Shown here piece by piece: positions 45,191 to 56,100 of a stretch of 56,564 nucleotides of DNA. Positions within the stretch are counted from its first letter, which is position 1. The number at the start of each line of letters is the position of its first letter. The stretch lies in contig JAMOPY010000040.1 in assembly GCA_027064305.1 (NCBI GenBank), positions 1-56,564 on the forward strand, read 5' to 3'. The translations under genes and the position numbers were made by a program. The DNA comes from Methanobacteriota archaeon (lineage in GTDB: Archaea > JAADCQ01 > Methanopyri > Methanopyrales > Methanopyraceae). Below the pieces are notes generated by a model. The model made no database searches. It was not told the origin of the DNA and worked only from the letters and a program-made list of their open reading frames with translations.

Positions 45191-46258
45191 CTGATCTGCC
45201 ACCGGTGCGGGCGCGAGGCGACCACGCTCATCGAGGGGCTGTGCCCCGAGTGCTTCCTCGAGGAGCACCCGATGATCCGGGTGCCGGAGGACCTGGAGGT
45301 GCGGGTCTGCGCCCAGTGCCTCAGCCGTCACACCGGGCTCCGCTGGGAGCACCCGCCCGGGGACGCGGAGGACGTCGAGTCCCTGCTCATCGAGTACGCC
45401 CTCCGCGCCCTGGAGGACGAGATGCGGGTCCTTCAGGGGGCCCGGGTGGACGTCCGGCCCCTGGAGGTCAAGGGCGAGCCGGGCGGCCCCGGCTCCCGCG
45501 TGCAGGTCGCGTTCCTGGTCGAGGGCGAGTGGGAGGTGGAGGGGGAGCGACTCCGCCGGGAGTATCACCTTAAGGTCCCGGTCACGTTCACCCTCTGCCA
45601 CCGGTGCATGAAGTACCGGTCCGGGTTCTACGAGGCCATCCTGCAGGTGCGCTCCTTCCGCGGCGGGCTCACGGAGTCCGAGCGGAAGGAGCTGGAGGAG
45701 TTCGTGACGCGGTCCGCGGAGTCCCTGCTCAAGCGCGACCCGATGGCCTTCATCTCGGACGTGAAGCACCGGGACGAGGGCATCGACTTCTACCTCGGCT
45801 CGACCAGCGCCGCCCGGAAGCTGGCCCGACGCCTCGTCGACCGGTTCGGCGGGACCGTGCGGGAGTCCCACGAGCTGGTCGGCGTCGACAAGGACACGGG
45901 CAAGCGGCGCTACCGCACGTCCATCTCCGTGCGGCTCCCACACCTCCGGCCCGGGGACGTGATCGAGCTCGAGGGCGCCCCGTACGAGGTCACGGGCGTG
46001 GGCGAGCGCTGCACCCTCCGCCGCCTGACGGACGGGACCCGGGTCCGCCGGGACTGGGAGGAGCTCGCGGAGGCCCGGCGCCTCAAGCCCGAGCCTGCCA
46101 TCGTCGTGAACACCGACCCGCCCCAGGTCGTGCTGGAGCGCACGGGCGAGACCCTCGACTGCTTCGACACCGGGGCCCTCGACGGGTTAGAAATAGGGCG
46201 GCGGGTGACGGTCGTCGTCCTGGACGAGGGCGCCGTGGTCCTACCCGAGGAGGACTGA
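45191..46258 (+). CDS. nmd3: Nmd3-family ribosome biogenesis protein; apparent CTG start
   Basis: CHRC...GLCPEC upstream of the first ATG, CAQC, CHRC, YEAILQVR, GIDFYLGS, LVGVD. Confidence 0.9.
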   Translation: MICHRCGREATTLIEGLCPECFLEEHPMIRVPEDLEVRVCAQCLSRHTGLRWEHPPGDAEDVESLLIEYALRALEDEMRVLQGARVDVRPLEVKGEPGGPGSRVQVAFLVEGEWEVEGERLRREYHLKVPVTFTLCHRCMKYRSGFYEAILQVRSFRGGLTESERKELEEFVTRSAESLLKRDPMAFISDVKHRDEGIDFYLGSTSAARKLARRLVDRFGGTVRESHELVGVDKDTGKRRYRTSISVRLPHLRPGDVIELEGAPYEVTGVGERCTLRRLTDGTRVRRDWEELAEARRLKPEPAIVVNTDPPQVVLERTGETLDCFDTGALDGLEIGRRVTVVVLDEGAVVLPEED

Positions 46259-46271
46259 CGGGGGGCGCGCC

Positions 46272-47243
46272 ATGGCGGAGGACGCCTGGGAGCTCGTCAC
46301 GCGCAACGCCGTCGAGATCGTCACGGAGGAGGAGCTCCGCCGGATACTCGAGGAGAAGGACGAGCCCGTCGCCTACGTCGGGTTCGAGCCCTCGGGCGAC
46401 ATCCACCTCGGGCACAAGCTCGTGATCGACAAGATGGTGGACCTCCAGCGGGCCGGGTTTCGGGTGATCATCCTGCTCGCCGACCTGCACGCGTACCTGA
46501 ACGAGAAGGGCTCCCTCGAGGAGGTGCGGGAGCTGGCCGAGTACAACAAGCGCTGCTTCACGGCCCTCGGCCTCGACCCCAAGCGCACGGAGTTCGTCCT
46601 CGGCTCCGAGTTCCAGCTCGAGGAGGACTACGCCCTCGACGTGTACCGCATGGCCCGCCACACGACCATGCGCCGCGCCCGCCGGAGCATGGACATGATC
46701 GCCCGCCGCGAGGAGAACCCACCCGTCTCCCAGGCCGTCTACCCGCTCATGCAGGCGCTCGACATCGTGCACCTCAACGTGGACCTCGCCGTGGGCGGCC
46801 TCGAGCAGCGGAAGATCCACATGCTCGCCCGGGACGTCCTGCCCAAGCTCGGCTACGACGCCCCCACCTGCCTGCACACCCCCATCATCCACGGGCTCGA
46901 CGGCGAGGAGAAGATGTCCTCGAGCAAGGGGAACTACATCGCCGTGAACGACGACCCCGAGACCATCCGCGAGAAGCTCCGGCGGGCCTACTGCCCGGCG
47001 GGCGAGGCCGAGGGCAACCCCGTCCTCGAGATCTACCGGTACTTCATCTTCCGCGAGTACGACGAGGTCACGATCGAGCGCCCCGAGAAGTACGGCGGGG
47101 ACGTGACCTACACCAGCTACGAGGAGCTCGAGCGCGACTTCGTCAACGAGGACCTCCACCCGCTCGACCTCAAGGAGAACGCCGCCCGGTACCTCGCCGA
47201 GATCCTCGAACCCGTGCGCAAGGCCGTGGGCACCCCCTCCTGA
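46272..47243 (+). CDS. tyrS: Tyrosine--tRNA ligase
   Basis: [39 protein letters not shown]. Confidence 0.98.
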   Translation: MAEDAWELVTRNAVEIVTEEELRRILEEKDEPVAYVGFEPSGDIHLGHKLVIDKMVDLQRAGFRVIILLADLHAYLNEKGSLEEVRELAEYNKRCFTALGLDPKRTEFVLGSEFQLEEDYALDVYRMARHTTMRRARRSMDMIARREENPPVSQAVYPLMQALDIVHLNVDLAVGGLEQRKIHMLARDVLPKLGYDAPTCLHTPIIHGLDGEEKMSSSKGNYIAVNDDPETIREKLRRAYCPAGEAEGNPVLEIYRYFIFREYDEVTIERPEKYGGDVTYTSYEELERDFVNEDLHPLDLKENAARYLAEILEPVRKAVGTPS

Positions 47244-47258
47244 CGGGGGCCCACCCCC

Positions 47259-47564
47259 TCGCGCCTCCGCGGCCGGCTCCTCCTCCGCGACCTGCCCCCG
47301 CCCCTCCGCGACGGTCCCCTCTGGGAGGGCGGACCCCGCGGCTTCCGCGCCCGCGCCCGCGTCGACGCGGACCGCGTGGAACTCACCTTCCGGGCCCGGA
47401 GCCCGGCCAAGGCCGCGTCGGGACTGGACGCGGTGCTCGCCTGCGTCCGCGTTTCCGAGGAACTACTTAACCTGGTACGGGAACGATCGGCCCGGGGTGA
47501 TCCCGGTGGGCAAGCGCATCGACGACGAGACCCTGAAGAAGATCCGGCTGCCCAAGGAGGGTGA
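47259..47564 (+). CDS. Probable KEOPS subunit Pcc1-like protein; start and stop uncertain
   Basis: Frame open from 47244: [12 protein letters not shown]...[39 protein letters not shown] resembles the Pcc1 pattern; fills the gap between tyrS and aIF-1A. Confidence 0.5.
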   Translation, partial: SRLRGRLLLRDLPPPLRDGPLWEGGPRGFRARARVDADRVELTFRARSPAKAASGLDAVLACVRVSEELLNLVRERSARGDPGGQAHRRRDPEEDPAAQGG

Positions 47565-47841
47565 GATCTTCGGCGTCGTGGAGAAGATGCTCGGGGACGA
47601 CCGCGTCCAGGTCCGGTGCGTGGACGGGAAGACCCGGATCGCCCGCATCCCGGGCAAGATGCGCAAGCGCGTCTGGATCCGCGAGGGCGACGTCGTCCTC
47701 GTCAAACCCTGGGACTTCCAGCCGGAGCGCGCCGACGTCACCTGGCGGTACACCCGGGTCCAGGTGGACTGGCTCAAGCGCAAGGGCAAGCTGGACGAGC
47801 GGGTCATCAAGCTCCTCGAGGAGATCATCCCCGGCGGCTAA
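47506..47841 (+). CDS. eif1a: Translation initiation factor aIF-1A
   Basis: [43 protein letters not shown]. Confidence 0.97.
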   Translation: MGKRIDDETLKKIRLPKEGEIFGVVEKMLGDDRVQVRCVDGKTRIARIPGKMRKRVWIREGDVVLVKPWDFQPERADVTWRYTRVQVDWLKRKGKLDERVIKLLEEIIPGG

Positions 47842-47862
47842 CCCCGACCGGGAGGCGCCCCG

Positions 47863-48651
47863 TTGGCCGAGGACAAGTACTTCTCCGCCATCGAACGGGT
47901 CGACGTCGAGCCCCAGAAGGTGAAGCGCCTGGAGAAGACCCTCGAGGACCTCAAGGTCGAGGAGGAGGTCTTCGACCAGTACACCCTGATGACCCTCTAC
48001 GAGCTCTCCCGACGCGGCTACCTTGACGGGCTGATGGGCTTCGTCAAGACCGGGAAGGAGGCGAACGTCGCCCGGGGCGTCCGCGGCGACGAGCTCGTCG
48101 CCGTCAAGCTCTACCGCGTCGCCACCAGCGACTTCCGACGCATGTGGCGCTACATCCGGGGCGACCCCCGCTTCCACCGGATCGGGCGCAAGCGCCACCA
48201 GATCGTCTACGCCTGGGCCGAGAAGGAGTTCAAGAACCTCGCCCGCGCGTACGAGGCCGGCGTCCGCTGCCCCGAGCCCATCGCCCACATGAACAACGTC
48301 CTGATCATGGAGTTCATCGGCGACGACGAGGGCAACCCCTACCCCCTGATCAAGGACTACCCGCCCGAGGATGAGGAGACCGCGGAGGAGGTCTTCTGGG
48401 GCATCCTCGAGGACTACCGGCGCATGTACCGCCGGGCCGAGCTCGTGCACGGGGACCTCAGCGAGTACAACATCCTGTACGGGGGCGACGGAGACTACCG
48501 CATCATCGACTTCTCCCAGGGCGTCCTCCTCGACCACCCCCTGGCCGAGGAGCTCCTCCTCCGCGACATCCGCAACGTGACCAACTTCTTCACCCGACTC
48601 GGGGTCGACACGCCCCCCATCGACGAGCTCGTGGAGGAGATCCGGGGGTGA
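47863..48651 (+). CDS. rio1: RIO1 serine/threonine kinase
   Basis: TGKEANV, AVKLYR, WAEKEFKNL, MEFIG, HGDLSEYNIL, IDFSQ. Confidence 0.95.
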   Translation: MAEDKYFSAIERVDVEPQKVKRLEKTLEDLKVEEEVFDQYTLMTLYELSRRGYLDGLMGFVKTGKEANVARGVRGDELVAVKLYRVATSDFRRMWRYIRGDPRFHRIGRKRHQIVYAWAEKEFKNLARAYEAGVRCPEPIAHMNNVLIMEFIGDDEGNPYPLIKDYPPEDEETAEEVFWGILEDYRRMYRRAELVHGDLSEYNILYGGDGDYRIIDFSQGVLLDHPLAEELLLRDIRNVTNFFTRLGVDTPPIDELVEEIRG

Positions 48652-49301
48652 GCTCCGTGGCCGAGGAACCCCACGAGGAGGCGCCCGAGGGCGAACCCGA
48701 GCTGGCCGAGGAGTTCTACGAGCGGGTGGAGCGCGTCAAGATCCCCAAGGACCGGATCGGCGTGCTCATCGGCCGGAACGGCGAGACGAAGCGGTACATC
48801 GAGCGCAAGACCGGCGTCGAGCTGCGCATCGACAGCAAGACCGGGGAGGTGGAGATCCGACCGACCAAGCGCGTGAAGGACCCGCTCGACCTGCTCAAGG
48901 CCAAGGAGTGCGTGCTCGCCATCGGCCGCGGCTTCTCGCCCGAGCGCGCGTTCCGCCTCCTCCGGGAGGACGACGCCAGCCTCGAGATCATCAACCTGTA
49001 CGAGCTCGTCGGCCGCAATCCCAAGGCCCTCGAGCGACAGCGGGCCCGCATCATCGGCCGAGAGGGCCGCACCCGCGAGCTCATCGAGGAGCTCAGCGGG
49101 GCCGACGTCTCCATCCGAGGCAAAACCGTCGCCCTCATCGGCAAGCCCCGAGAGCTCGAGATCGCCCGCAAGGCCATCGAGATGCTCGCCTCCGGCGCCC
49201 CCCACGGCCGCGTGTACCGATACCTCGAGAGCGAGCGCCGCCGCATGAAGCGCGAGAAGCTGCGACTCTGGAAGGACTCCGAGCCCCCCGAGCTCCTCTG
49301 A
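48648..49301 (+). CDS. KH-domain pre-rRNA processing protein (Dim2/Pno1/Krr1-like)
   Basis: RIGVLIGRNGE, AIGRGFSPE.A, RIIGREGRTR, GAPHGRVY. Confidence 0.93.
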   Translation: MSSVAEEPHEEAPEGEPELAEEFYERVERVKIPKDRIGVLIGRNGETKRYIERKTGVELRIDSKTGEVEIRPTKRVKDPLDLLKAKECVLAIGRGFSPERAFRLLREDDASLEIINLYELVGRNPKALERQRARIIGREGRTRELIEELSGADVSIRGKTVALIGKPRELEIARKAIEMLASGAPHGRVYRYLESERRRMKREKLRLWKDSEPPELL

Positions 49302-49314
49302 CCGGGGCGCCACC

Positions 49315-50352
49315 ATGACCGCCCTTGACCGACTCCGCTCACTCGCCCGCCGCGTCCTCCGCTGCCTCGAGCACGACGAGCCCCTCGAGGTGCCCAAGCG
49401 CACCACCTCCAACATCCGGTACGACCCCGAACGGCGCGTGTACACCCTCGGCGACGACGCGTACCGACGCCGCCCGAACACCCTCCGCGGCGCCAAGAAA
49501 CTCGCCCAGATGATGAGCGTCGCCGCCTTCGCCAAGGAGCTCGTCGAGACCGGCCGCTCCGCCACCCTCCGCGAGCTGTACTACACGAGCGAGGGCTGGG
49601 ACCTCCCCTTCAAGGACCAGCGCGAGAGCGACGCCATCGTCGAGGACCTCGAGGCCGTCCTCGGGCTCAAGCGCGAGGAGTTCGGCATCTGGCCCGAGGA
49701 GGACGGGGCCGCCGTCTACGGCGACCTCCTCGTCGAGGAGGACGGGGTCAAGATCCACGCCGAGCGGGCCGGCATCAGCGGCTACAACATCCCACCCAAC
49801 GTGGACGCCGTCGAGCTCCTCGACTGCGGGGCCGAGCGCGTCATCGCCGTCGAGACCATGGGCATGTACCGACGCCTCGTTCAGGAGCGCGCCCACGAGA
49901 AGCTCGACGCCCTCATCGTCGGACTCAAAGGACAGGCCGCCCGAGCCACCCGCCGCCTCCTCCGCCGCCTCAACGAGGAGCTCGACCTCCCCGTGTACGT
50001 GTTCACCGACGGCGATCCCTACGGCTGGCACATATACATGGTCATCCGGAGCGGGAGCGCCAAGGCCGCCCACCTGAACCACGAGCTCGCCTGCCCCGAC
50101 GCCAAGTTCATCGGCGTCACCGCCACCGACATCGTCGAGTACGACCTCCCCACCGAACCCCTCACCGAGGCCGACCGCAAGCGCATCGAAGAGCTGAAAC
50201 GGGACCCCCGCTACGACAGCGAGTTCTGGCGGCGCGAGCTGGACCTCCTCGCCCGACTGGGCAAGAAGGCCGAGCAGCAGGCCTTCGCCAAGTACTCCCT
50301 CGACTACGTGGTCGAGGAGTACCTCCCGACCAAGCTGGAGGAGCTCGAGTGA
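49315..50352 (+). CDS. top6A: DNA topoisomerase VI subunit A
   Basis: TLRELYY, DQRESD, VET, KGQAARATR, FTDGDPYG, KAEQQA. Confidence 0.95.
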   Translation: MTALDRLRSLARRVLRCLEHDEPLEVPKRTTSNIRYDPERRVYTLGDDAYRRRPNTLRGAKKLAQMMSVAAFAKELVETGRSATLRELYYTSEGWDLPFKDQRESDAIVEDLEAVLGLKREEFGIWPEEDGAAVYGDLLVEEDGVKIHAERAGISGYNIPPNVDAVELLDCGAERVIAVETMGMYRRLVQERAHEKLDALIVGLKGQAARATRRLLRRLNEELDLPVYVFTDGDPYGWHIYMVIRSGSAKAAHLNHELACPDAKFIGVTATDIVEYDLPTEPLTEADRKRIEELKRDPRYDSEFWRRELDLLARLGKKAEQQAFAKYSLDYVVEEYLPTKLEELE

Positions 50353-50367
50353 CCGCGCCCCTGGGAA

Positions 50368-50388
50368 ACGTTGCAACGACCGTAACGA
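50368..50388. repeat. 21-bp palindrome, copy 8 (ACGTTGCA ACGAC CGTAACGA)
   Basis: Between convergent top6A and the secreted-protein gene; right arm is perfect. Confidence 0.65.
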
Positions 50389-50408
50389 TAGGCCCGGGGT
50401 GAGGGGGC

Positions 50409-51602
50409 CTAACCCGACCGGCGCCGAGGCAACGGCGGCACCACCGGGATCACCGGAAGCCCGTGCCTCCCACCCCGCTCGCCACCACCGGACGGCCGAC
50501 CGGACGGAGAGCCCGACGGCACCCGCTCCAACCACGCCGCCAACGCCGCCAGGCACCACCCCGTGGAGTACGCCCGACAGGCCACCTCCTGCGGCTTGCT
50601 CGGATCGTCCATCGACGGCCAGAACCACGACCCGTCCGGATCCTGACTCTTGGTGCTCAGCAGGAACTCCACGGCCCGTTTGACTCGATCGTCGAGCGGG
50701 TCCATCCCCGTCTTCATCAGGGCGAAGAGCACCCGAGCCGTCTTGTGCGGGCAGGGCGCCGCCGTCCCGTTCGGACCGTACACCGGGTCGTTCACCGAGG
50801 CGTGCGCCGCGAACGCCCCATCCTTCCGCTGGAACCCCAGCAACCCCTGCTGCAGCTTCGGCACGAAGCCCCGGTAGTAGCGATCCCCGGAGTAGTAGAA
50901 CGCCAGCAAGTCCCACGCGGTGAAGTCGATCTTGACCCCCTGCGAGATCAGGCCGCCCAGCGGGGACTTCGTCAGGACCCCCTCGATCCACCTCAACCCC
51001 TTCTTCACGTGCGGATCATCGGGCCCGTACTTGCCGGACCACTCCGCCAGCCAGACCACGATCGGCGTGCACCGGTACGGATCCTGCCAGGACCCCGGCC
51101 CGAACCCGCGCCACGACCCGTCGTCCCCCTGCAGGCTCATCAGCCGCTCCAGCGCCTCCGACACGTACCGATCCACCCCGTGCTTCCGGGCCACGTCCGG
51201 GAACCGCTTCTCCACCGCGATCAGCCCCATGAGCGCGTGAACGGTGTACATCCCCAGCCAGTCCTCGTGCGAGGTCTGCCCCGGGTAATCCCAGAACATC
51301 CTCCGATTCGGGTCCCAGCACCTCAGGATGTACGAAACGCCCCGATCCACGGCCTCCCGGATCCTCGGCCTCAGATCCTGCGGCGCCCGATCGTAGAACT
51401 CGGACAGTCCGAGCAGCACCACTCCCGTGTCCATGCTCGAGGACCGGTTGGTCCCCTCGTACAACCACCCACCGTCCGGCCGCTGATGCTCCACCAACCA
51501 CCGCGCCGCCTTCACGCACCGATCCTGCACCCGACCAACCAAGTCCGCCTGAACGGGCGCGGCCAGCAGCGCCAGACCGAGGAGGATCGCCACCCACCTC
51601 AT
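50409..51602 (-). CDS. Secreted prenyltransferase/squalene-cyclase-repeat (alpha-alpha barrel) protein
   Basis: Signal peptide; QW-like repeats WLVEHQRPDGGW, LMSLQGDDGSW, LLGFQRKDGAF; tail LPVIPVVPPLPRRR. Confidence 0.8.
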   Translation of the reverse strand: MRWVAILLGLALLAAPVQADLVGRVQDRCVKAARWLVEHQRPDGGWLYEGTNRSSSMDTGVVLLGLSEFYDRAPQDLRPRIREAVDRGVSYILRCWDPNRRMFWDYPGQTSHEDWLGMYTVHALMGLIAVEKRFPDVARKHGVDRYVSEALERLMSLQGDDGSWRGFGPGSWQDPYRCTPIVVWLAEWSGKYGPDDPHVKKGLRWIEGVLTKSPLGGLISQGVKIDFTAWDLLAFYYSGDRYYRGFVPKLQQGLLGFQRKDGAFAAHASVNDPVYGPNGTAAPCPHKTARVLFALMKTGMDPLDDRVKRAVEFLLSTKSQDPDGSWFWPSMDDPSKPQEVACRAYSTGWCLAALAAWLERVPSGSPSGRPSGGGERGGRHGLPVIPVVPPLPRRRSG

Positions 51603-51649
51603 CCGGCCCACCCCCAGCCGGAAGAAGGGGTGGTGGGAACGGGGCGAGC

Positions 51650-53059
51650 CTAGCGTCGCCGACCGAGCGCGGCCAGGAGGGCCAGCAGCGCGATCACCGG
51701 GCTCACCGGACTACCACTCTTACCACCCTGCTGCCGACCTCCCTGGCCGCCCGGCTGACTGGTCCGCTGCTGACCCTGGGCCGCACCGCCCGAGCCCACC
51801 TTCTGCTCCAGCCGACTGACCTTCTGCTGCAGCGCCCGCACCTCGTCGAACAGCCGCCCCACCGCCCAGTCCTTCACCGCCGGCGCGCACTCGATCGGGT
51901 TGGACTCCAGGCGGGCCTTCGTGACCCCCACGTCCGCCCACGCGTTCAGCCGGTCCAGCACGGACTCGAGGTCCTTCACCGCCTTCTGGATCTCGTCACG
52001 CGCCAGCTTTGCGTCCTCGGCCGCGGGCGGGAAGAAGTGACCGTACTGGTGCACGTACTCCTCGTACTCTTTCCACACTTTCTCAATGCTGAACAGCACC
52101 GCGAACGCCAGCGCCTCCTCCGGCAACGGCTGTCCGTAGACATCCTTACCCTGCCTGAACAGCTCGATCACCTTCTTCACTTCGTCCTTGGTGAAGCCGC
52201 CCGGGTGCGGCTGGTACTGACCGCCCTCCAGGTACGTCTCGACGAAGTTGTCGCCCAGGCCGAAGTGCTTCGCCTCCTTGTCGATGAGCTGGATCACGCG
52301 GTCCGGCATCAGCTGGCTGTCGCCGAAGACCGCGTTGATCAAGTCCCTCTTGATGGCGTTCGCCACGTCCTCGGGCGTCTCGCACTTGCTGAGGTCCAGC
52401 GTAATGGCGGACTGGTTGCCGTACACGTTGGCCGGGATCGTCACGCTCCCGAGGTTCTCGGCTACGCGCGCGGCCTTGTTCACCTCGTTGAAGATCGCCC
52501 GCCAGTTCCCGGACACGACCAGCCCCAGCACCGCCAGCGTCCGGGATGCGATGGCCGTCTTCAGGTCATCGGAGCCCTTGTGCTGCTCCCACGCGTCCCA
52601 CGTCTCACCCACCTTCTCCACGGCTCCCTCCCACGCGTGCGTCTCCTCGTGCACCTTCAGCGCCCACCGGGCCGGCTCCTGCGCCAGGTCGACCACGGTG
52701 CTGACGCGCTTGAACCAGTCCTTCCCCAGCTCGCCGATCCCGTAGATCAGCGCCCGGAAGTCGCCCGGGCCCACCTCCACCCACGAGCCGGACTCCGCGA
52801 CGTCGGTCCCCTGGAACGCCGCCTGGATCGCGTTCCTGTCGTCCTTGAACGCCATGTACGGGTACGCCGTGGGGATCACCTTCAGCCCGCACGGTGGCTG
52901 GAAGCCGCCGATGGTGTTGAGCGCCTCCCGGAGCTTGCCCCCGTACTCCTCGATCTTGGCGGCGTCCAGGTAGGCCTGTCGGTAGTCCTGCAGGGAGGCC
53001 GCGGCGGGGGCGCCGGCCAGGGCCAGCGCTCCAATCAGGGTGAGCAGCGCTAATCTCAC
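51650..53059 (-). CDS. Secreted, membrane-anchored surface protein of unknown function
   Basis: Signal peptide; Gly/Gln linker; C-terminal SPVSPVIALLALLAALGRRR. Confidence 0.8.
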   Translation of the reverse strand: MRLALLTLIGALALAGAPAAASLQDYRQAYLDAAKIEEYGGKLREALNTIGGFQPPCGLKVIPTAYPYMAFKDDRNAIQAAFQGTDVAESGSWVEVGPGDFRALIYGIGELGKDWFKRVSTVVDLAQEPARWALKVHEETHAWEGAVEKVGETWDAWEQHKGSDDLKTAIASRTLAVLGLVVSGNWRAIFNEVNKAARVAENLGSVTIPANVYGNQSAITLDLSKCETPEDVANAIKRDLINAVFGDSQLMPDRVIQLIDKEAKHFGLGDNFVETYLEGGQYQPHPGGFTKDEVKKVIELFRQGKDVYGQPLPEEALAFAVLFSIEKVWKEYEEYVHQYGHFFPPAAEDAKLARDEIQKAVKDLESVLDRLNAWADVGVTKARLESNPIECAPAVKDWAVGRLFDEVRALQQKVSRLEQKVGSGGAAQGQQRTSQPGGQGGRQQGGKSGSPVSPVIALLALLAALGRRR

Positions 53060-53196
53060 TTAGAGCAATCCCCCGTGGCACGTTGGTAGTACTTTCCGGC
53101 CCGGAGTTGTTACCGATGAGTACCAAAAAGGTTTCGGGAATGACCTTTATCGGGCCACCCGGGTCCCCGGTGCGATCCCCGGGGGAGACCGGGATC

Positions 53197-56100
53197 GTGC
53201 CGATCCCGCTCGTTCTTCTCCTGCTGACGGTGTCGATCCAGCCCGCGGGGGCCGCGGGCGCGCAACCGCTGCAGTTCCACGAGCCGGACGCGGGCGTGCC
53301 GCCGGGGGAGTACTGGGCGGACCCCTTGGGTCACCCCACCCCGTCCTTCTTCCGGGAGGTCGTGCTGCCGGACTCGAGGGGCCTGCTCGTCACCCCGCCA
53401 ACCCGGCTGGCGGGCCGCCCCTATCCGGAGAACGAGGCCCTGGTGGGGAGGCTCGAGGCGCGCTGGCGGGGGCTGGCGGGGAGGCCCAACCGGGAGAAGG
53501 TCGTGGCCCTGGTCTACTACAACTGGCCCCCGGGCCGGGAGTCCGTCACCGCCGATGGGCTGGACGTGTTCGGCTCGCTCGTTAACATCCTGGCCAATCT
53601 CAAGGCCGCGGGCTACGACGTGAGGACGCCCTGGGACCGGGAGCTGCTGGAGATCGCCCGGCTCGAGCGGGCTGGCCGGTGGGACGAGGCGGCCCGGCTG
53701 GTGAGGAGGCTCGAGGCCGAGCTCGCCCGGCTGGTCTGGCGGTACGGGATCAACGTGGGCTGGTGGAGCGGGGAGCGGCTGCGTCGGATGTACGAGGGTC
53801 GGGCCTACCTCGCGCTCATCCCCGTCGACGCGTACCGTCGGTGGTACGAGCGGCTGCCCGAGGTGGATCGGCTGTACGTGGAGGACGGTCTGCCCGGGCT
53901 CCTCTACGGGTACGCCCGGCTGCTGAGACCGCCGCTGGGCGGGCGGGAGCTGGAGTCGCTGAGGCGAGACCTGGAGGCGCTGCTGGCGGAGGCGCGGCGG
54001 CTGCTGTCGTCCGTGGGGCCGGTCGGGGTCGGTTCCGGCGATCCTAGGGAGCTCCAGGCCGCCCGGGAGGGGGCGCTGAGGGAGCTCTCCCGGCTGGCGG
54101 AGGCGGTGTTGGAGTACGCCTCGGGGCGCCTGGGCGCGTCGGAGCTCCGCCGGGCGTTCGAGCGGGCGTTGGAGGCGGGCCGGCGGCTGGAGCGGCTGCT
54201 GGGGTACCGCACGGGCCTGTTCGGGTGGGGGCCGCCGCCCGGGGACGTGATGGTCGTGGACGGGTACTTCGTGGTCCCGGGGCTGAGGTTCGGGAAGGTG
54301 CTGCTGGTGCCTCAGCCCCCGCGCGGCTGGCTCTGGGGCTCGCTGGAGTCGTCGGTCGCGTACCACTCGCTGCTGCTCCCGCCGCCGCACCACTACCTGG
54401 CCGTGTACCTGTGGCTGAAGCGGACGGTCGACGTCGTCGTGCACGTGGGCACGCACGGGACGCTGGAGTGGCTGCCGCTGCGTCGGACGCTCCCCTCGCA
54501 CGTGGACTTCCCGACGGTGCTGCTCGGGGACGTTCCGCACGTGTACCTATGGTGCGTGACGAGTGGGGAGCTGCTGAACGTCAAGTGGAGGACGAGCGCG
54601 GTGGTGATCGGGCACCTGCCGCCGCCCCCGGAGACGGCGACCGAGTTCTACCTGCGGACGCTCGTGGAGGCGCTGCACGAGTGCTTCCACTGGTTCCAGT
54701 CCGGCAGCCCGGGGCTCGCGGAGCGGTTGCGTCCGCTCATCCTGGAGGCGCTCCGCGTCACCCGGCTGTACGAGTGGATGGGTCTCTCCTGGGAGGACGT
54801 GGTCCGGATGGCGGGGACGGAGCGGGGCTTCGAGCGGCTGGTGGACCGGCTGCACCTCTACCTGCACGCGATGCAGGCCCACGGTGAGCGCCCGGTGCCG
54901 GCGAGCCTGGCGCGCTCGCTGCACGTGTACGGGCTGGTCACCTCGGACGAGGCGCGCGCCTACGTGCGCGCCGTCCTCTTCCGAGAGTTCCTGAGGCGGG
55001 AGCTCGAGCGCCGCGGGCTGAGCCTCGACGAGCTGGATCGGATGCTCCGGGGCCACCCCGACCGGGCCCTCCGGCTCCTGAACGAGCTCTGGGGCGAGTG
55101 GGACCGGCTGGTGTCCCACCCGGGGGAGCTGCGGTCCCTTTACCCCGACCTCTACCGGGAGGCGGAGCGGATCCGGCGGCTCGTGATCGAGTCCGCCCGG
55201 CTCGAGATCGAGAGTCTGCTGAGCGCGCTCTCCGGGCGCCGGATCCCGGTGGGGCCCCCGGGCGACCCCACCCTGGACCCCTCCGTGCTGCCCACGGGGC
55301 GCCTGCTGTACGCCCTGGACCCGAACGCGCTCCCGTCCGAGGCCGCCTGGAGGGCGACCGAGGGGTTGCGGCCGCCTCAACGACCCACCCTGTTCCTGCT
55401 CTCCGCCACGGACCTGATCAACGACCGCGGCGTCTCCCTGGCCTACCTGATGAGGAGCTCGGGCCTGGTGAGGCTCGCCGAGGGGTACGGGCTCACGGGC
55501 TCCCCGGTCTACGCCCCGGTCCTCGTCTGCCAGGGTCTGGAGTCCGTCTTCGCCCGGTGCACCCCGGGCCTCGCGCTGCTCAAGGCGCACCTGGCGTGCG
55601 TCCTTAGGGCCTCGGAGCGGTGCCCACCGTCGGAGCTGGAGCGGCTCCTGGAGCGGCTGCGGGGCGGGTGCCGGGACCCGGAACTCCGGGCCGCGCTCTC
55701 GAGGATCCACGTCGACCCGGGCCTGCTCCGCCGGGGTCTGGAGGCGCTGCGGCGGTGGTACGAGTCCCTCCCGGTCCGGGTGCTCGAGCTCCCGGACTTC
55801 CGACCGGACCCGAGCTGGTACGAGGCGTGGGCGGTGAAGTTCCTGTACGGGGTGCAGGTGGAGGGATTGCCGGTGGAGGAGGCCGCCCGACGCGCCGCCG
55901 CGGCCCTGTACGGGCCGGCCGACTACACGACGGGGGTGCGGGCGCTCGCCGAGCGGCTGGAGCCCCGCGAGTGGGACCTCTTCGTGGCCTCGCTGCCCGC
56001 CAAGCTGGGCCGGATCCTGCTGCCCGAGGGTCCCGTCTCGGACCCCGGGATGTTCGAGCTGGAGCTCCTGCTGGTCGACCAGCTCGTGAAGGCGGAGACC

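Noticed and set aside
53080-53150. AT-rich partial inverted repeats between the surface-protein gene and the CobN-like gene
   Set aside because: Probably divergent promoters; no repeated or recognisable operator could be defined by eye
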